A stretch of 64,000 nucleotides of DNA from the human T2T-CHM13v2.0 reference genome, Homo sapiens (GCF_009914755.1 NC_060943.1); one strand, 5' to 3'; counted from the first letter of the stretch, positions 1 through 24,637 are shown. The notes: generated by a model from the sequence alone, not told the origin. Numbers and translations are program-made.

Positions 1-2
1 AA

Positions 3-167
<165 letters not shown>

Positions 168-952
168 TAATTTTTTGTATTTTTAGTAGAGACGGAGTTT
201 CACTGTGTTAGCCAGGATGGTCTCGATCTCCTGACCTCGTGATCTGCCTGCCTCGGCCTCCCAAAGTCCTGGGATTACAGGCGCGAGCCACCACACCCGG
301 CCTAAAAAAATTTTTTCAGACACAGTCCTCTGTTGCATAGGCTAGAGTGCAGTGGTGCAATCATAGCTCACTGCAGCCTCCCACTCCTGGGCTCAAGTGA
401 TCCTCCGACCTCAGCATCCTGAGTAGCTGGGACTACAGGAGTGCACCACCATGCCCAGCTAATTTTAACATTTTTTGTAAGCGGGAAGCAGTGGCTCATG
501 CCTGTAGTCCCAGCACTTTGGGAAGCCGAGGCCAGTGGATCACAAGCTCAGGAGTTCGAGACCAGCCTGGCCAACATGGTGAAACCTCGTCACTACTACA
601 AATACAAAAATTACCGGGGTGTTTTGGCGGGCGCCTCTAATTCCAGCTACTTGGAGGCTGAGGCAGGAGAATCGCTGGAAGCTGGGAGGTGGTGGTTGCA
701 GTGAGCCAAGATCGCGCCACTGTACTCCAGCCTGGGTGACAGAGTGAGACTCTGTCTCAAAAAAAAAAAAAAAAAAAGATGAGGCTAGAAAGGATTAGGA
801 TTTTGGATTTTTAAGATTACTACTACTTGGTGGCCGGGTGTGGTGGCTCACACCTGTAATCTCAGCGCTTTGGGAGGCCGAGGCAGGCGGATCACCTGAG
901 GTGAGGAGCTTGAGACCAGCCTGACCAACATGGAGAAACTCCGTCTCTACTA

Positions 953-1111
<159 letters not shown>

Positions 1112-1778
1112 TCAAAAAAAAAAGAAACAAAGAAACAGAGATTAATACTACTTAGTAACAGCCAAGCCTTCAACCAACCGCAACACCCTTGTTTTTCCTG
1201 CAGGGCCCTGAGAGACTGCGTTCCTAGACTGCCCCGAAGCCAGTCCTGCCGCTAGCACCCCTGCCACCCCACCCCCACTGCCGTGGGGACCAGACACCCC
1301 CTCTCCTGGGAGGCCACCTGCCAGTGTTTATTTAGGCAGGCGCCTTCCGGTATCAGTGTGCCCGCCCAGTGACCAAACAGCCCCATTTTCGAAGCCCCCA
1401 CACTGTCAGGGGAAGCAGAACTGGACACAGATACCTTGAGCACGGTGAGGTGAGGGCTGGGCCACCCACAGGGACCTAGGCCTGTGAAGGAGAGAGTCAT
1501 TGTGAAATCATCGTTTTTAGAAAATAGGTTTTTTTTCTGCATAGAAGGCAGCCCAGAATGGTGGCCCACACTATAAATAATCAACCAAGCCACACAGGTC
1601 TGTATGTTTTTGCTCCGCACCAGGGGCTGCCTTAAGCACTTTAACCTTTAGGTACAGTTGTCACACCCATTTTAGAGATGGGGGGAAAACAGGCCGGCAG
1701 GGTGGCTCAGGCCTGTCATCCCAGCACTTTAGGAGGCCGAGGCAAGCAGATCACTTGAGGATCAGGAGTTTGATACTA

Positions 1779-2021
<243 letters not shown>

Positions 2022-2237
2022 TCACAGAGAAGTGAAGTGACTTGGCCAAGTGGGTAGGGGGCAGAACCACGATGTTATCCCAGGCCTTTGATCTTGACCT
2101 TGGGCCTTTGAGCACTCTGCAGTGTGGCTTCTGGCCGGGACACGATGGCAGCACGTGCTGCTGGGCTGAGGAGCTGGGATTTTACCTGGAGGGCACTAGG
2201 GAGCCACAGGAGGTTTTAGAGCAAGATTCTTCAGTTA

Positions 2238-3050
<813 letters not shown>

Positions 3051-3056
3051 AGTCTG

Positions 3057-3256
3057 CTTTTTGGACATTCTGGCCCAGATCATTCATTCTCTTGGGGGGC
3101 AAGGGGCGTCCTGGGCACTGCAGGGTGCTGAGCGGTGTCCCTGGCCTCTACTCACTCCATGCCAGGGGCACCCCCGAGATGTTCCGCCCACAGGTGTCCC
3201 CAGACATCACCCAGTGTCCCGTGGGGGGCACAATGACACGAGAATGAGCACCCCTG
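3057..3256 (-). mobile_element. MER20-like DNA transposon (GC-rich local variant)
   Basis: GGGCACTGCAGGGTGCTGAGC...CACTCCATGCC...TGTCCCCAGACAT, colinear with the MER20 consensus as I recall it. Confidence 0.75.
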
Positions 3257-4017
3257 GCTTAGAGCATGGAAGAAACAGGGCAGCTGGTGGTAGAAGATTC
3301 TCCCCGGTAGTGTGATGGGAGGATTAGGCGAGAGATGGGCAGCCTGGGCTGGGCCCATGGCAAAGAGCTTTTTTGGGGAGCATAACAAGAACAGAATGCA
3401 GATGGCGGGAGGGTGAGGAAGGGCAGACAGCTTGCCGCAGGAGGGAATGTGTAATTAATTGGCGAGAATTGGGGTTTAAGCACATCACAGTGTCTGGGTG
3501 GCTGCCACTGAGCCCCCCTACCCCACACACATAACCCCCCACCCCCGTCCCTGACCCCACGTGTCCGGCTCACGGTCCTTCCTCTCCCTGGGATTCTCAG
3601 GGCCACATCTGGGGCCAAGGCGGGGCGGGGATCTGTCTCATGGATCCAATCGTCTGAGACCAGGCTCAAGGCCTGGTTACAAATGAGCGCTGGGCCCCGC
3701 GGCCTCCAGGGCAGAGCCTGGCGCTGGCGCGTGATGGATGGGGCCGCATGGCCATTAATCACAGGCCGGGGAGGAAACAGGTGGCCGCCGTGCAGAAGCA
3801 GGGACCTCCCTCTGCTGGGCCCAGGTGGAGGTAGGACTCAGCTGTCCAGCCCTGGGGTTGAGCTCCCGGACTGCTGCTACCTGGCTGGGTGACGTGGGGC
3901 CATGAGAGTTCACTGCTCAAGACCTTAGGGTCACCCCACTGCTACTCCCAAATGCAGCTTCAGATACTTAGAGAGCAGTTACTGTGTGTCAGGCATGCTT
4001 GTAAGTGGAGGTTCTGA

Positions 4018-4388
<371 letters not shown>

Positions 4389-4429
4389 TGATTGAAGTGT
4401 CACTCTCTCAATGAAGCTGCCTTCAGCTT

Positions 4430-5570
<1,141 letters not shown>

Positions 5571-6203
5571 ATCTCGGCTCACTGCAACCTCTGTGATCCA
5601 CTCACCTCCCCTTCCCAAGTGCTGGGATTACCGGCATGAACCACCGCGCCCAGCCAACAATATTTTAACAAATCAAAATTAATGAAAAAAAATCCACAAT
5701 GAACAAAATATCAAAATGTTAAATAAAAATCTTGCATAACTCACTCAGACTGCCTCCTAGGCCCAGCTCATAGAGGCCTCAACCCATATTCCGCGTGCAG
5801 GTCATGAGGTCAGCGTTTTCCCTGCTCCATGGGACACAGCACTGTCTGACGTGTAATGCGGTTTGTGTGTTTACTTTCTTGAATGTAGGCCCCGGGAGGC
5901 AGGGGGTTTGGTGAGTCCTGGTCACTTTTGTATCCTCAATACCTAGAACAGGGCCTGGCTCAGTATAAATGCCCAATAGTTACTGAATGAGTGAATGAAT
6001 AAATGAATGGGTTAAGATGACACACCAGGTTGTTGCAGAATTAAATGAGATAAGACCCTGGAAGTAATTAGCACACAGCACCCAGTTGGCTCCTGACATC
6101 CTTAATCTACACCTTATGGCCTGAGTACAATGTTCTGATTGGCCAGCCCTGGGTCACATGACATCCTTGAGACAAATTTTATGGCTCGAGTAGAATGCTC
6201 TGA

Positions 6204-6447
<244 letters not shown>

Positions 6448-6661
6448 TAGCCAGGATGGTCTTGATCTCCTGACCTCGTGATCCACCCGCCTCAGCCTCC
6501 CAAAGTGCTGGGATTACAGGTGTGGGCCAGCAGGCCTGGCCTGGACAATTACTTCCTCTGAGAGGCCTTCTCTAACCAGTCATATGGAAAAAACAAAAAA
6601 TATTGTTATTATATCACTCTATTTTATTGTTATCTATTTTTATTTATTTATGTTTATTTAA

Positions 6662-6838
<177 letters not shown>

Positions 6839-7110
6839 TAGTTTTAGTAGAGACGGGGTTTCTCCATGTTAGTCAGGCTGGTCTCGAACTCCTGACCTCA
6901 GGTGATCCCCCCCGCCTCAGCCTCCCAAAGTGCTGGGATTACAGGCATGAGACACCGCGCCTGGCCCAATTTTTGTATTTTTAGTAGAGATGGGATTTCA
7001 CCTTGTTGGCCAGGCTGGTCTCCAACTCCTGACCTCAGGTGATCTGCCTGCCTCAGCTTCCCAAAGTGCTGGAATTACAGGTGTGAGCCACTGCACCCTG
7101 GCTGGGCTGA

Positions 7111-7263
<153 letters not shown>

Positions 7264-7715
7264 TAGTCAGTGTCTTGGGCTGTCATGCAGGCTGGAGAAC
7301 AGTGGTGCCATCATAGCTGATTGCAGCCTCGAATTCCTGGCCTCAAGTGACCCTCCCACCTCAGCCCCTCAAAGTGCTGGGACTAGATGCGTGAGCCACC
7401 AGGCAGGCCAGCTGTCATCTTTATTATCTGTCAGCCTGAAAGATCCATGAGAGTAAGGAGCGGACTGCCTTCTGCACTGCTGTGTCCCAGGGCACAGCTT
7501 GGGGTCTGGCAAAGAATTTCTACTCAGTGCAAACATCAGGTCTTAGTGAAATGAAAGAATGAGTTAGTATTTATTTATCTGGAGATGGAGTCTTGCTCTG
7601 TCCCCCAGGCTGGAGTGCAGTGGCATGATCTGGATCTCGGCTCACTGCAACCTCTGCCTCTCCTCCCGAGTTCAAGCAATTCTCCTGCCTCAGCCTCCCA
7701 AATGGCTGGGATTAA

Positions 7716-7985
<270 letters not shown>

Positions 7986-8589
7986 TGATCCGCCCGCCTC
8001 AGCCTCCCAAAGTGCTGGGATTACAGGCGTGAGCCACCGTGCCCTGCCTTAATTTTTTATTCTTAGTAGAGACAGGGTTTTGCCATGTTGACCAGGCTGC
8101 TCTCAAACTCTTGACCTCAGGTGATCCACCTGCCTTGGCCTCCCAAAGTACTGGGATTACAGGCGTGAGCCACTGTGCCTGGCTGACAGTAATTATTTAT
8201 TATCCCCATATTCCAGATGAGGAAACTGTGGCTCACAAAGGGGCGATCATGGATTTTGTCTGCCTTCCTCTCCACCCCCAGAGCTCTGTCACACAACATG
8301 GCTTTATTGAACACTTGCACGCCTGGTCTTCGTCTAGATATTAGGGATACAGTGACCCACATAGCTCCAACCTTACAGCCTAGCAGGGGAGCCAGACATT
8401 AATAAAATCACTATACAAACATATGTGGTTATAATCCCTCAGCAATCCCATTGGCTCCAGCTTTACCAATATACCCAGAATCCAATCAATTCCCACTAAC
8501 TATAGGGTTACCATCCTGGCTCATATCCCCATCAACTTGTTCAGTGCAGCAGTCTCTCATCTCACGTCGTATTTTTTGAGTGGATGTGA

Positions 8590-9105
<516 letters not shown>

Positions 9106-10242
9106 TAGCTGGGACTACAGGCGCATGCCACCACACCTGTCTAATTTTTATATTTTTAGTAGAGACAGGGTTTCAGCATGTTGGCCAGGATGGTCTCAAT
9201 CTCCTGACCTCGTGATCCACCCGCCTCGGCCGCACAAAGTGCTGGGATTACAGGCATGAGCCACTGCGCCTGGCCTAATTTTTGTATTTTTCTACAGATG
9301 GTATTTCACCATGTAGGCCAGGCTGGTCTCGAACTCCTGACCTCGTGATCTGCCCGCCTCAGTTCCCCGAAGTGCAGGGATTACAGGCATGAGACACCAC
9401 GCCTGGCCTGTTGTGGTTTTGAGATGGGGGTCTTTTTATGTTGCCCAGGCTGGTCTTGAACTCCTAGACTCAAGCCACCCGCCCCCCCTTGGCTGCCCAA
9501 AGTGTTGTGATTACAGGCATGAGCCACTGCACTGGGCCAAATGTGTTTTGTTTTTGTGCTTTTCACCGTCCCCAGCGCCCCCAGCTGCCGGCCTTGGGAG
9601 CCTGGTGTTGGCAGGACTGTGAGTCACTGTTGGGGTGTTTAAGGGCCTTTAAAAGGTGTTCCCAGCATTTCCCGGGGGCTGTGCACTAATTAGGTGATTA
9701 GTAGGCTGACTCCTGCAGATGTCTCCCTGGGGATACCGGGGGACTGTGGGGAGCAGGGAAGTGTGGCTGCCTACTTGGCCTGCCCTCCAGAGGCCCCATT
9801 GCCTCCCCATAGACACCCAAGGGGTAAGTGCCAGCCTCAGCTTTACGACAGGTGGGCTCTGTGTCTCTGGACAAGTGGCTGTCCCTCTCTGGTCCCATCT
9901 ATCTGCTTTCCCATCTATCTAGTGGGCTGTGGGCATATACTATGGTCCTGTAGGAGCCAGAGCCACTATTCTTGCTCTGTTACTCAGATACCTCTAACCT
10001 CTCCTCCCAGCAAAATAATCATCCCCTTTATCATAAATGGCTGAGGTTTACCAAATTTTCTCAGAGCCCCAGCACTGATCCAGGCCTTCAAGGTAGGCGC
10101 AGTTATTACTACTTTTTTTTTTTTTTTTAATTTCAGAGACAGGGTCTGGCTCTGTCCCCCAGGCTGGAGTGCAGTGCATGATCATAGTTCACTGCGCCTC
10201 CACCTCCCAGGCTCAAATGATCCTCCCAGCTCAGCTTCCTGA

Positions 10243-11135
<893 letters not shown>

Positions 11136-11339
11136 AGACCTCATTCCAGAGCTCGATAGCCACCAACCATGCATGGTTACTTAGGTTTACACTGAGATGG
11201 ATGGAAACGGGCCAGGCTGTAATTAACCCCAGCGCTTTGGGAGGTCGAGGCGGGAGGATTGATTGAACCCAGGAGGTCGAGGCTGCTGTGAGCTATGATC
11301 GCGGCCCTGCATTCCAGCCTAGGTAGCAGTGACAAGCTG

Positions 11340-11377
<38 letters not shown>
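11340..11377. repeat. (TAGA)n tetranucleotide STR at the tail of an Alu monomer inserted in a MER3-like element
   Basis: About 9 perfect GATA units. Confidence 0.92.
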
Positions 11378-11378
<1 letters not shown>

Positions 11379-11799
11379 AAATGAGATGAAAGATGCATTT
11401 CCTCAGTTGCCCTGGCCACGGTTCAGGGGCTCAGCAGCCCACCAGTGACCACCACGTGGGACGCCACGGAGCTAGAATGTAGGCGATGTGGCAGAAAGTC
11501 CTAGCGGGCCGCGCAGCGCGGAGACCTCCCCGGGTGCAAACGCTCCCCGCCCCCCACCCACGCGGCGCCTGTGCCGCCGGCCGCTGTTCCACGGATGCCC
11601 ACACGGGGGCAGTGTGTCATCAGGATCTCGCGCACCTTGGCTCAGGTCGCCTGCACCTGCCCTCTCCCCAGGAGGGTGAGCCAGGCTGCTGGGGGTTTGG
11701 AGACAGCAGCCCCTCGGCTTACAAATCCTTTGCGAGCACCTGCTGTGTGCCAGGCTGTGTGCTGGGACAGCTCAGTAAATCAGAGAGTCTTATCCATGC

Positions 11800-11996
11800 T
11801 TTCTCACCGTGGACTTTACGGGAGGGATGGTTCTCTGGGGTGGGGCTGTCCTGGGCACTGCAGGGTGCTGAGCAGCGTCCCTGGCCTCCACTCACTCCAT
11901 GCCAGGCGCACGCCCCAGTCGTGACAACCACAGATGTCCCCAGACATCACCCAGTGCCCCCTGGGAGCAGAATCATCCTCCAGGTTAGAATCCCTG
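11800..11996 (-). mobile_element. MER20-like copy
   Basis: Same diagnostic blocks at 11853 and 11893. Confidence 0.8.
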
Positions 11997-12206
11997 GGTT
12001 AGGGGATTCCGCAGACCCCCAAGAGACTCTGGATCCCATGATCCTCTGCCCTGCTGAGGTCCCAGGTGGCTACACACATTGAAATCCACACCCTGAGTGG
12101 GGAGGGAGAGAGGAGGTGAATCCCAAGGGTCCCCATGGTTTGTACCATCTGCCCCATCGGGAGCTTATTCTGCTTTCTGGTGTGAGCAGGGAGCAGACTC
12201 AATTTT
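11800..12206. repeat. Inverted duplication 2, right arm
   Basis: Reverse-complement alignment with 10721-11135. Confidence 0.9.
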
Positions 12207-12229
12207 CCCCCCAAATAATTAACTAAGAG

Positions 12230-12653
<424 letters not shown>

Positions 12654-12731
12654 TAGCCAGGATGGTCTCGATCTCCTGACCTCGTGGTCCGCCTGCCTCA
12701 GCCTCCCAAAGTGCTGGGATTACAGGCGTGA

Positions 12732-13031
<300 letters not shown>

Positions 13032-13212
13032 TGAACTCCTGACCTCATGATCCACCCACCTCAGCCTCCCAAAGTGTTGTGATTACAGGTGTAAGCCACC
13101 GTGCCCAGCCCACACATAAATATATTTAAATTATGAAATAAGCAGTTATGGCCAGGCGCAGTGTCTCACGCCTGTAATCCCAGCACTTTGGGAGGCCGAG
13201 ATGGGCGGATCA

Positions 13213-13806
<594 letters not shown>

Positions 13807-14134
13807 TCAGGACAGAGGTTTAAGTACCTGCATAACCCCAATAAAAATTGCACAAGATAACTCTTCGCTCTGCAAAGCACCACGCACTGTGATGTTTCCT
13901 ATTCTACTTCATTTAAAAAATATATATGGGTCATGATCCACTGAATTGATTTCTCCACCCACAGACTGAAAAAAATAATAATTAAAATAGCGACTGGGAA
14001 TCACGCACTCCAGAAACATCCCCAGGCCCTTCCACTGTAGAAAAAAATGAATGAGCCAGGCACCAAGGCTCACACCTGTAATCCCAGCACTTTGGGAGGC
14101 CTAGGTGGGCAGATGACCTGAGGTCAGGAGTTCA

Positions 14135-14382
<248 letters not shown>

Positions 14383-14399
14383 TCACACCTGTAATCTCA

Positions 14400-14546
<147 letters not shown>

Positions 14547-16217
14547 TCACTTTATTTATCTGTCTATTTTCCAAATAGATTCATGGATTCTCTCTCTCTC
14601 TTTTTTTTTTTTTTTAGATGGAGTTTCGCTGTCGCCCAGGCTGGAGTGCAGTGGCACGATCTCAGCTCACTGCAACCTCCGCCTCCTGGGTTCAAGCAAT
14701 TCTTGTGACTCAGCCTCCCTAGTACCTGGAATTGCAGGCATGCATCACCACACCCAGCTAGTTTTTGTATTTTTAGTAGAGACGAGAGTTTGCCATGTTG
14801 GCCAGGCTGGTCTCGAACTCCTGATCTCAGGTTATCTCCTTGCCTCTACCTCCCAAAGTGCTGGGATTACTGCAGCCTCCCGAGTAGCTGGGACTACAGG
14901 TGTATGCCATCATGCCTGGCAGATTTTATTTTATTTTTTTGTGGAGACAGGTTCTCCCTGACAAGCCCAGGCTGGTCTTGAACGCTTGGCCTCAAGTGAT
15001 GTGCCTGCCTTGGCCTCCCAAGGTTTTGAGACTACAGGCATGAGACACCTTGCCAGGCCCAGAAGGAGGGGTTTAGAAGGAGTAACAGGGATAGACAAAG
15101 TTACATTGTGTAGGGACAGAGCTCACACTGTGGGTAGACAGTTCCAGGCAGAAGGCACAGGCTGTGCAAAGGCCCTGGGGTAGGACTGTGCCTGACTAGT
15201 TAGAGGAACACTAAGGAGACCTGTGTGACTGGAGGAAAGGGAGACAGGGAGGAGGGGAGGACGAGGAGGGGCTGGTGCAGGCCCTTGTGGGCCATGGGGC
15301 GGACTTGGGCTTTTCCTGAAGGAAGGTGGGAGCCATGGAGGGCTGTGAGCCGAGGAGGGACAGGCCCTGACTCAGATTTGAATTCAGTTATGAAGGCCGA
15401 GTGTGGTGGCTCATGCCTGTAATCCCAGCACTTTGGTAGGCTGAGTGGGGAGGATCACTTGAGGTCAGGAGTTCGAGACCAGCCTGGCCAACATGGTGAA
15501 ACCCCGGCTCTACTAAGATATACAAAAATTAGCCAGACGTGGTGGCACGCACCTGCAGTCCCAGCTACTCAGGAGGCTGAGGCACAAGAATCGCTTGAAC
15601 CCAGGAGAGGAAGGTTGCAGCGAGCCGAGATTGTGCCACTGTACTCCAGACAGGGCAACAGAATAATGCTCCATCAGAAAAATAAATACATAAATAAAAT
15701 AACAATAATTCAGTGTGACTTTAACATGAAGAGGCTTCTCCACTAAATCCATGTCTGCAGAAACCGGGCACGAGCTGTCCCTGGCTGTGCGTGGGGATGT
15801 CTGTGGATGGTCAGACCTCCCTGGGCTCGGAATGGGCTTGTTTCAAATGCAGCTTCCTGGGGCTGGCTCTCCGCACAGTCTAATTCAGCAAAGGCGGGGC
15901 AGAGTCTGAGCTGTGACCCCGTGTCCCGGGTGTTTCCCGAATCATAAGATCAGATGAGCCTGTGGGCAGAAGCTTTGTAGGAGGCCGTGTGCGTGGCCAG
16001 AGCCTGCAGCCCTGGGTGCAATCTGTTTTGCCCTTACTTGGGAATAAGAAACTCAACCTGCTCACAGGAGGAAATGGTTTCTAATGTTTGTTTTTTTAAA
16101 AGAGAAAGTCTTGGCTCAGTTATTTGCCCGAAGCCAGAATTGGGATAATCAAGGAGCTTAACCAAAACCTTCATTCATTTGTTCGGATTTAGTGCATTTC
16201 TTTATTTATATATATAG

Positions 16218-16307
<90 letters not shown>

Positions 16308-16346
16308 TGATCCTCCCTCCTCAGCCTCCTGAGTAGCGGGGATTAA

Positions 16347-16589
<243 letters not shown>

Positions 16590-16652
16590 TGATCCTGACC
16601 TCAGGTGATCTGCCCGCCTCGGCTTCCCAATTTTTTTTTTTTTTTTTTTTGA

Positions 16653-16796
<144 letters not shown>

Positions 16797-16932
16797 TAAC
16801 TTTTGTATTTTTAGTAGAGACGGGGTTTCACCCTCTTGGCCAGGCTGGTCTCAAACTCCTGACCTCAGGTGATCCATCTGCCTCTGCCTCCCAAAGTGCT
16901 GGGATTACAGGTGGGAGCCCGGCCACAGGTAA

Positions 16933-17235
<303 letters not shown>

Positions 17236-17522
17236 ATCCCTGTTTTGCCAAAAGGAAATGGAGGCTAAGGGAGGAGGAGTCCCTGGTTCAAGGTCACAGC
17301 TCAAGGTCATGGAGTTGGGAGGGAGAGCAAGGAGGGAGTGTGGGAATTTGAACCCAGGGATTGTGATTGCAGGGTCTGTGTTGTTATCTGCCCCAAAACT
17401 TTTCCACATGTGCACAGCCTCCACCTGGACCCAGCCCTATCCTCCCTCAGCTTGACAAGCCAAGTCCTGTCTGCCCTGGTCCCCTCGATGCAGGGCAGGT
17501 GAGCCCCAAAATTGGGGCTTAG

Positions 17523-18057
<535 letters not shown>

Positions 18058-18489
18058 TAATGTTGTATTTTTAGTAGAGATAGGGTCTCGATATATTGCT
18101 CAAGCTATTCTTGGACTCCTGGGCTCAAGCGATTCTCCAGCTTCAGCCTCCCAAAGTGCTGGGATTACAGGTGTGCGGCACTGGGCCTGGCCAAGCAACT
18201 TTCCATGTGCCCGTTGGCCTACGGAAATTTTTATCACTACGCTTATTTCACCGATGAAGAGATGGAGATTCAGAGAGGGCAAGTCTCCCCCTGAAAGTCA
18301 CACAGCTTGGGGAGGGTGTGCTGGATGAGAACCAGAGAGCCGGACTCCCAGCTTCCAGCAGCATAAACCACGGCTGTTGTTAGTATGGAGTGTAGGCGTC
18401 TGTACTGACATGTCTTCATTTCTGTTGGCAAAATACCTAGGAATGAAATGGCTGGATCCTGTTTATTTATTCAAAATAAATACAAATAG

Positions 18490-18651
<162 letters not shown>

Positions 18652-18943
18652 TGAGCAGCTGGGACTACAGGCGTGTGCCACCATGCCTGGCTAATGTTTG
18701 TATTTTTAGTAGAGACGGGGTTTCACTGTGTTAGCCAGGATGGTCTCGATCTCTTGACCTCGTGATTTGCCCACCTCGGCCTCCCAAAGTGCTGGGATTA
18801 CAGGCGTGAGCCACCGCGCCCAGCCACTTTTGTATTTTTAGTAGAGATGGGGTTTCATCATGTTGGCCAGGCTGGTCTCGAACTCCTGAGCCCAAGTGAT
18901 CCACCCACCTCGGCCTCCCAAAGTTCTGGATTTACAAGTATGA

Positions 18944-19149
<206 letters not shown>

Positions 19150-19706
19150 TAGTAGAGACGGGGTTTCTCCATGTCAGTCAGGCTGGTCTCGAACTCCCTA
19201 CCTCAGGTGATCCACCCACCTCAGCCTCCCAAAGTGCTCGGATTACAGGCGTGAGCCACAGCGCTCAACTGATCTTGTTTAAATTTTGAAGAATCCGGCC
19301 GGATGCGGTGGCTCACACCTGTAATCCCAGCACTTTGGGAGGCCGAGGCGGGCGGATCATGAGGTCAGGAGATTGAGACCGTCCTGGCTTACACGGTGAA
19401 AGCCCGTCTCTATTAAAAAATGCAAAAAACATTAGCCGGGCGTGGTGGCGGGCGCATGTAGTCCCAGCTACTCAGGAGTCTGAGGCAGGAGAATGGCGTG
19501 AACCTGAGAGGCGGAGCTTGCAGTGAGCCGAGATCACGCCCCTGCACTCCAGCCTGGGCAACAGAGCAAGACTCCGTCTCAAAAAAATATTTTTTTAAAT
19601 AAAGAATCTGCTAGACTTTTTTCCAAAGTAGCCGCACTATTTCACATTCCCACCAGTCATGGAGGAGAATCCCAGTTGCTTCCTTTTTTTTTTTGTTTGG
19701 TTTTAG

Positions 19707-19820
<114 letters not shown>

Positions 19821-19823
19821 TGA

Positions 19824-20219
<396 letters not shown>

Positions 20220-20429
20220 TGATCCACCCACCTTGGCCTCCCAAGGTGTTGGGATTACAGGCGTGAGCCACCAAGCCTGGCCTGATGATTTTCTTTTTTC
20301 TTTTTCTTTTTTTAATTTTTGAGACAGAGTCTTGCTCTGTCGCCCAGGCTGAAGTGCAGTGGCGTGATCTCGGCTCACTACAACCTCGGCCTGCCGGGTT
20401 CACACCATTCTCCCGCCTCAGCCTCCTGA

Positions 20430-20600
<171 letters not shown>

Positions 20601-21104
20601 TGATTTTCTTTATGGCAGGCAATGAGTGCTCATTTTCCACCCTGAGGCCTGGAGGGGCTGGTGTTTGGGTGCGGAGGGTCCTGCCCCCTGACTCTGGAGC
20701 TGTAGTTCTGGCAATAGGTGCCCTTGCACCCTGCCTGTCCTCAGCCTGGGTCCCCATCACCTTTGTCCTCGCTCGCAGCTCTGTGCCAGGAAATGGTCTT
20801 GTTCTCACCCCGGGCCCTCATAAAATCCAGTTCCTCAAGGTCCAGGAGGCCAAGGCCACAAGGAAGGGAGGAGGCCGTGGGGAGCTGAGGAGGGAGGGAG
20901 GGGCCGCCAACGCCATGAAGGCACTGCTGTGAGTGTGGACTTTGTCACTCTGAGCCTCTGGGTGGGGACGCTGGAGTCAGTATTCAGCTCCGGGCTGGGG
21001 CCCAGGGTCAACTCCCCATCTCTGGATGGGCCTCAGTTTCCCCATCTTCCCCACAGGAGGCTTTCTGTGTCCTGGCCCAGTTCCCGGCACACAGTAGGCA
21101 CTGA

Positions 21105-21641
<537 letters not shown>

Positions 21642-22429
21642 TAGCTGGGATTACAGGTGCCCACCACCATGCCCAGCTAATTTTTGTATTTTTTGGTAGA
21701 GACAGAGTTTTACCATGTTGGCCAGGCTGGCTTCAAACTCCTGACCTCAAGTGATCCGCCCGCCTTGGCCTCCCAAAGTTCCAGGATGACAGGCGAGAGC
21801 CAATGCGCCTGGCCTTTTCTTTTCTTTTTCTTTCTGCCAGGGTCTCACTCTGTCACCCAGGCCGGAGTGCAGTGGCACAATCACAGCTCACTGCAGCCTC
21901 AAACTCCTGGCCCCAGCAATCCTCCCACCTCAGACTCCCAAAATGCTGGGATTGCAGGCGTGCATCAATACACCCAGCTAATTTTTAAATTTTTTTTCTT
22001 TCTTTTTTTTTTTTTTTTTGAGATGGAGTCTCGCTCTTTCACCCAGGCTGGAGTGCAGTGGCGCGATCTCGGCTCACTGCAGGCTCCGCCCCCTGGGGTT
22101 CACGCCATTCTCCTGCCTCAGCCTCCCATGTAGCTGGGACTACAGGCGCCCGCCACCTCGCCCGGCTAATTTTTTGTATTTTTAGTAGAGACGGGATTCA
22201 CCGTGTTAGCCAGGATGGTCTCGATCTCCTGACCTCGTGATCCGCCCACCTCGGCCTCCCAAAGTGCTGGGATTACAGGCTTGAGCCACCGCGCCCGGCC
22301 TAATTTTTAAATTTTTTTGTAGAGATGGGGTTTTGTGGTGATGTCCAGGCTAGGCTCCAACTCCTGCCCTCTAACTATCCTCCTACCTCAGCCTTTTGAA
22401 GTGCTGGGATTACAGGCGTGAGTCGCTGA

Positions 22430-22735
<306 letters not shown>

Positions 22736-23135
22736 TAGCCGGGATGGTCTCGATCTCCTGACCTTGTGATCTGCCTGACTCAGCCTCCCAAAGTGTTGGG
22801 ATTACAGGCGTTAGCCACTGCGCCCGGTCCACGGAGTTTCTTTAATAAATGCTCAAGGCTGGGCGCGCTGGCTCATGCCTGTAGTCCCAGCACTTTGGGA
22901 GGCCGAGGTGGGGAGGTCACCAGGTCAGGAGTTTGAGACCAGCCTGGCCAACATGGTGAAATCCCGGCTCTACTAAAAATACAAAAATGAGCCAGGTATG
23001 GTGGCGCATGCCTGTAATCCCCGCTGCTTGGGAGGTTGTGGCAGGAGAATCACTTGAGCCCGGAGGTGGAGGTTGCAGCGAGCCGAGACTGCGCCATTGC
23101 ACTTCAGCCTGGGCGAGAGAGCAAGACTCCGTCTC

Positions 23136-23167
<32 letters not shown>

Positions 23168-23245
23168 CTCAAGGCCGGGTGTGGTGGCTCACACCTATAA
23201 TCCCAGCACTTTGAGAGGCTGAGGCGGGCAGTTCACTTGAGGTCA

Positions 23246-23569
<324 letters not shown>

Positions 23570-23697
23570 TCAAATTGTGACAAAGTATCTGAAAGAAAAG
23601 AACAGCGTGTTATGGCAGAGACTGGTTGAGGAGGGAGGATTGCTTGAGCCCAGGAGTTTGAGATCAGCCTGGGCAAGCTAGTGAGATCCCATCTCTA

Positions 23698-24306
<609 letters not shown>

Positions 24307-24424
24307 CTATGAAGGCAACTCAACAGGACGTGACAGGAGGGAGGGCTTGGAGTGGGGGTGGCATTAGTTATGGATTTTCAGGTAGGACCCATTGGAGGGG
24401 GAGGTGTTTTTAGCCGAGGCCTGA

Positions 24425-24637
<213 letters not shown>

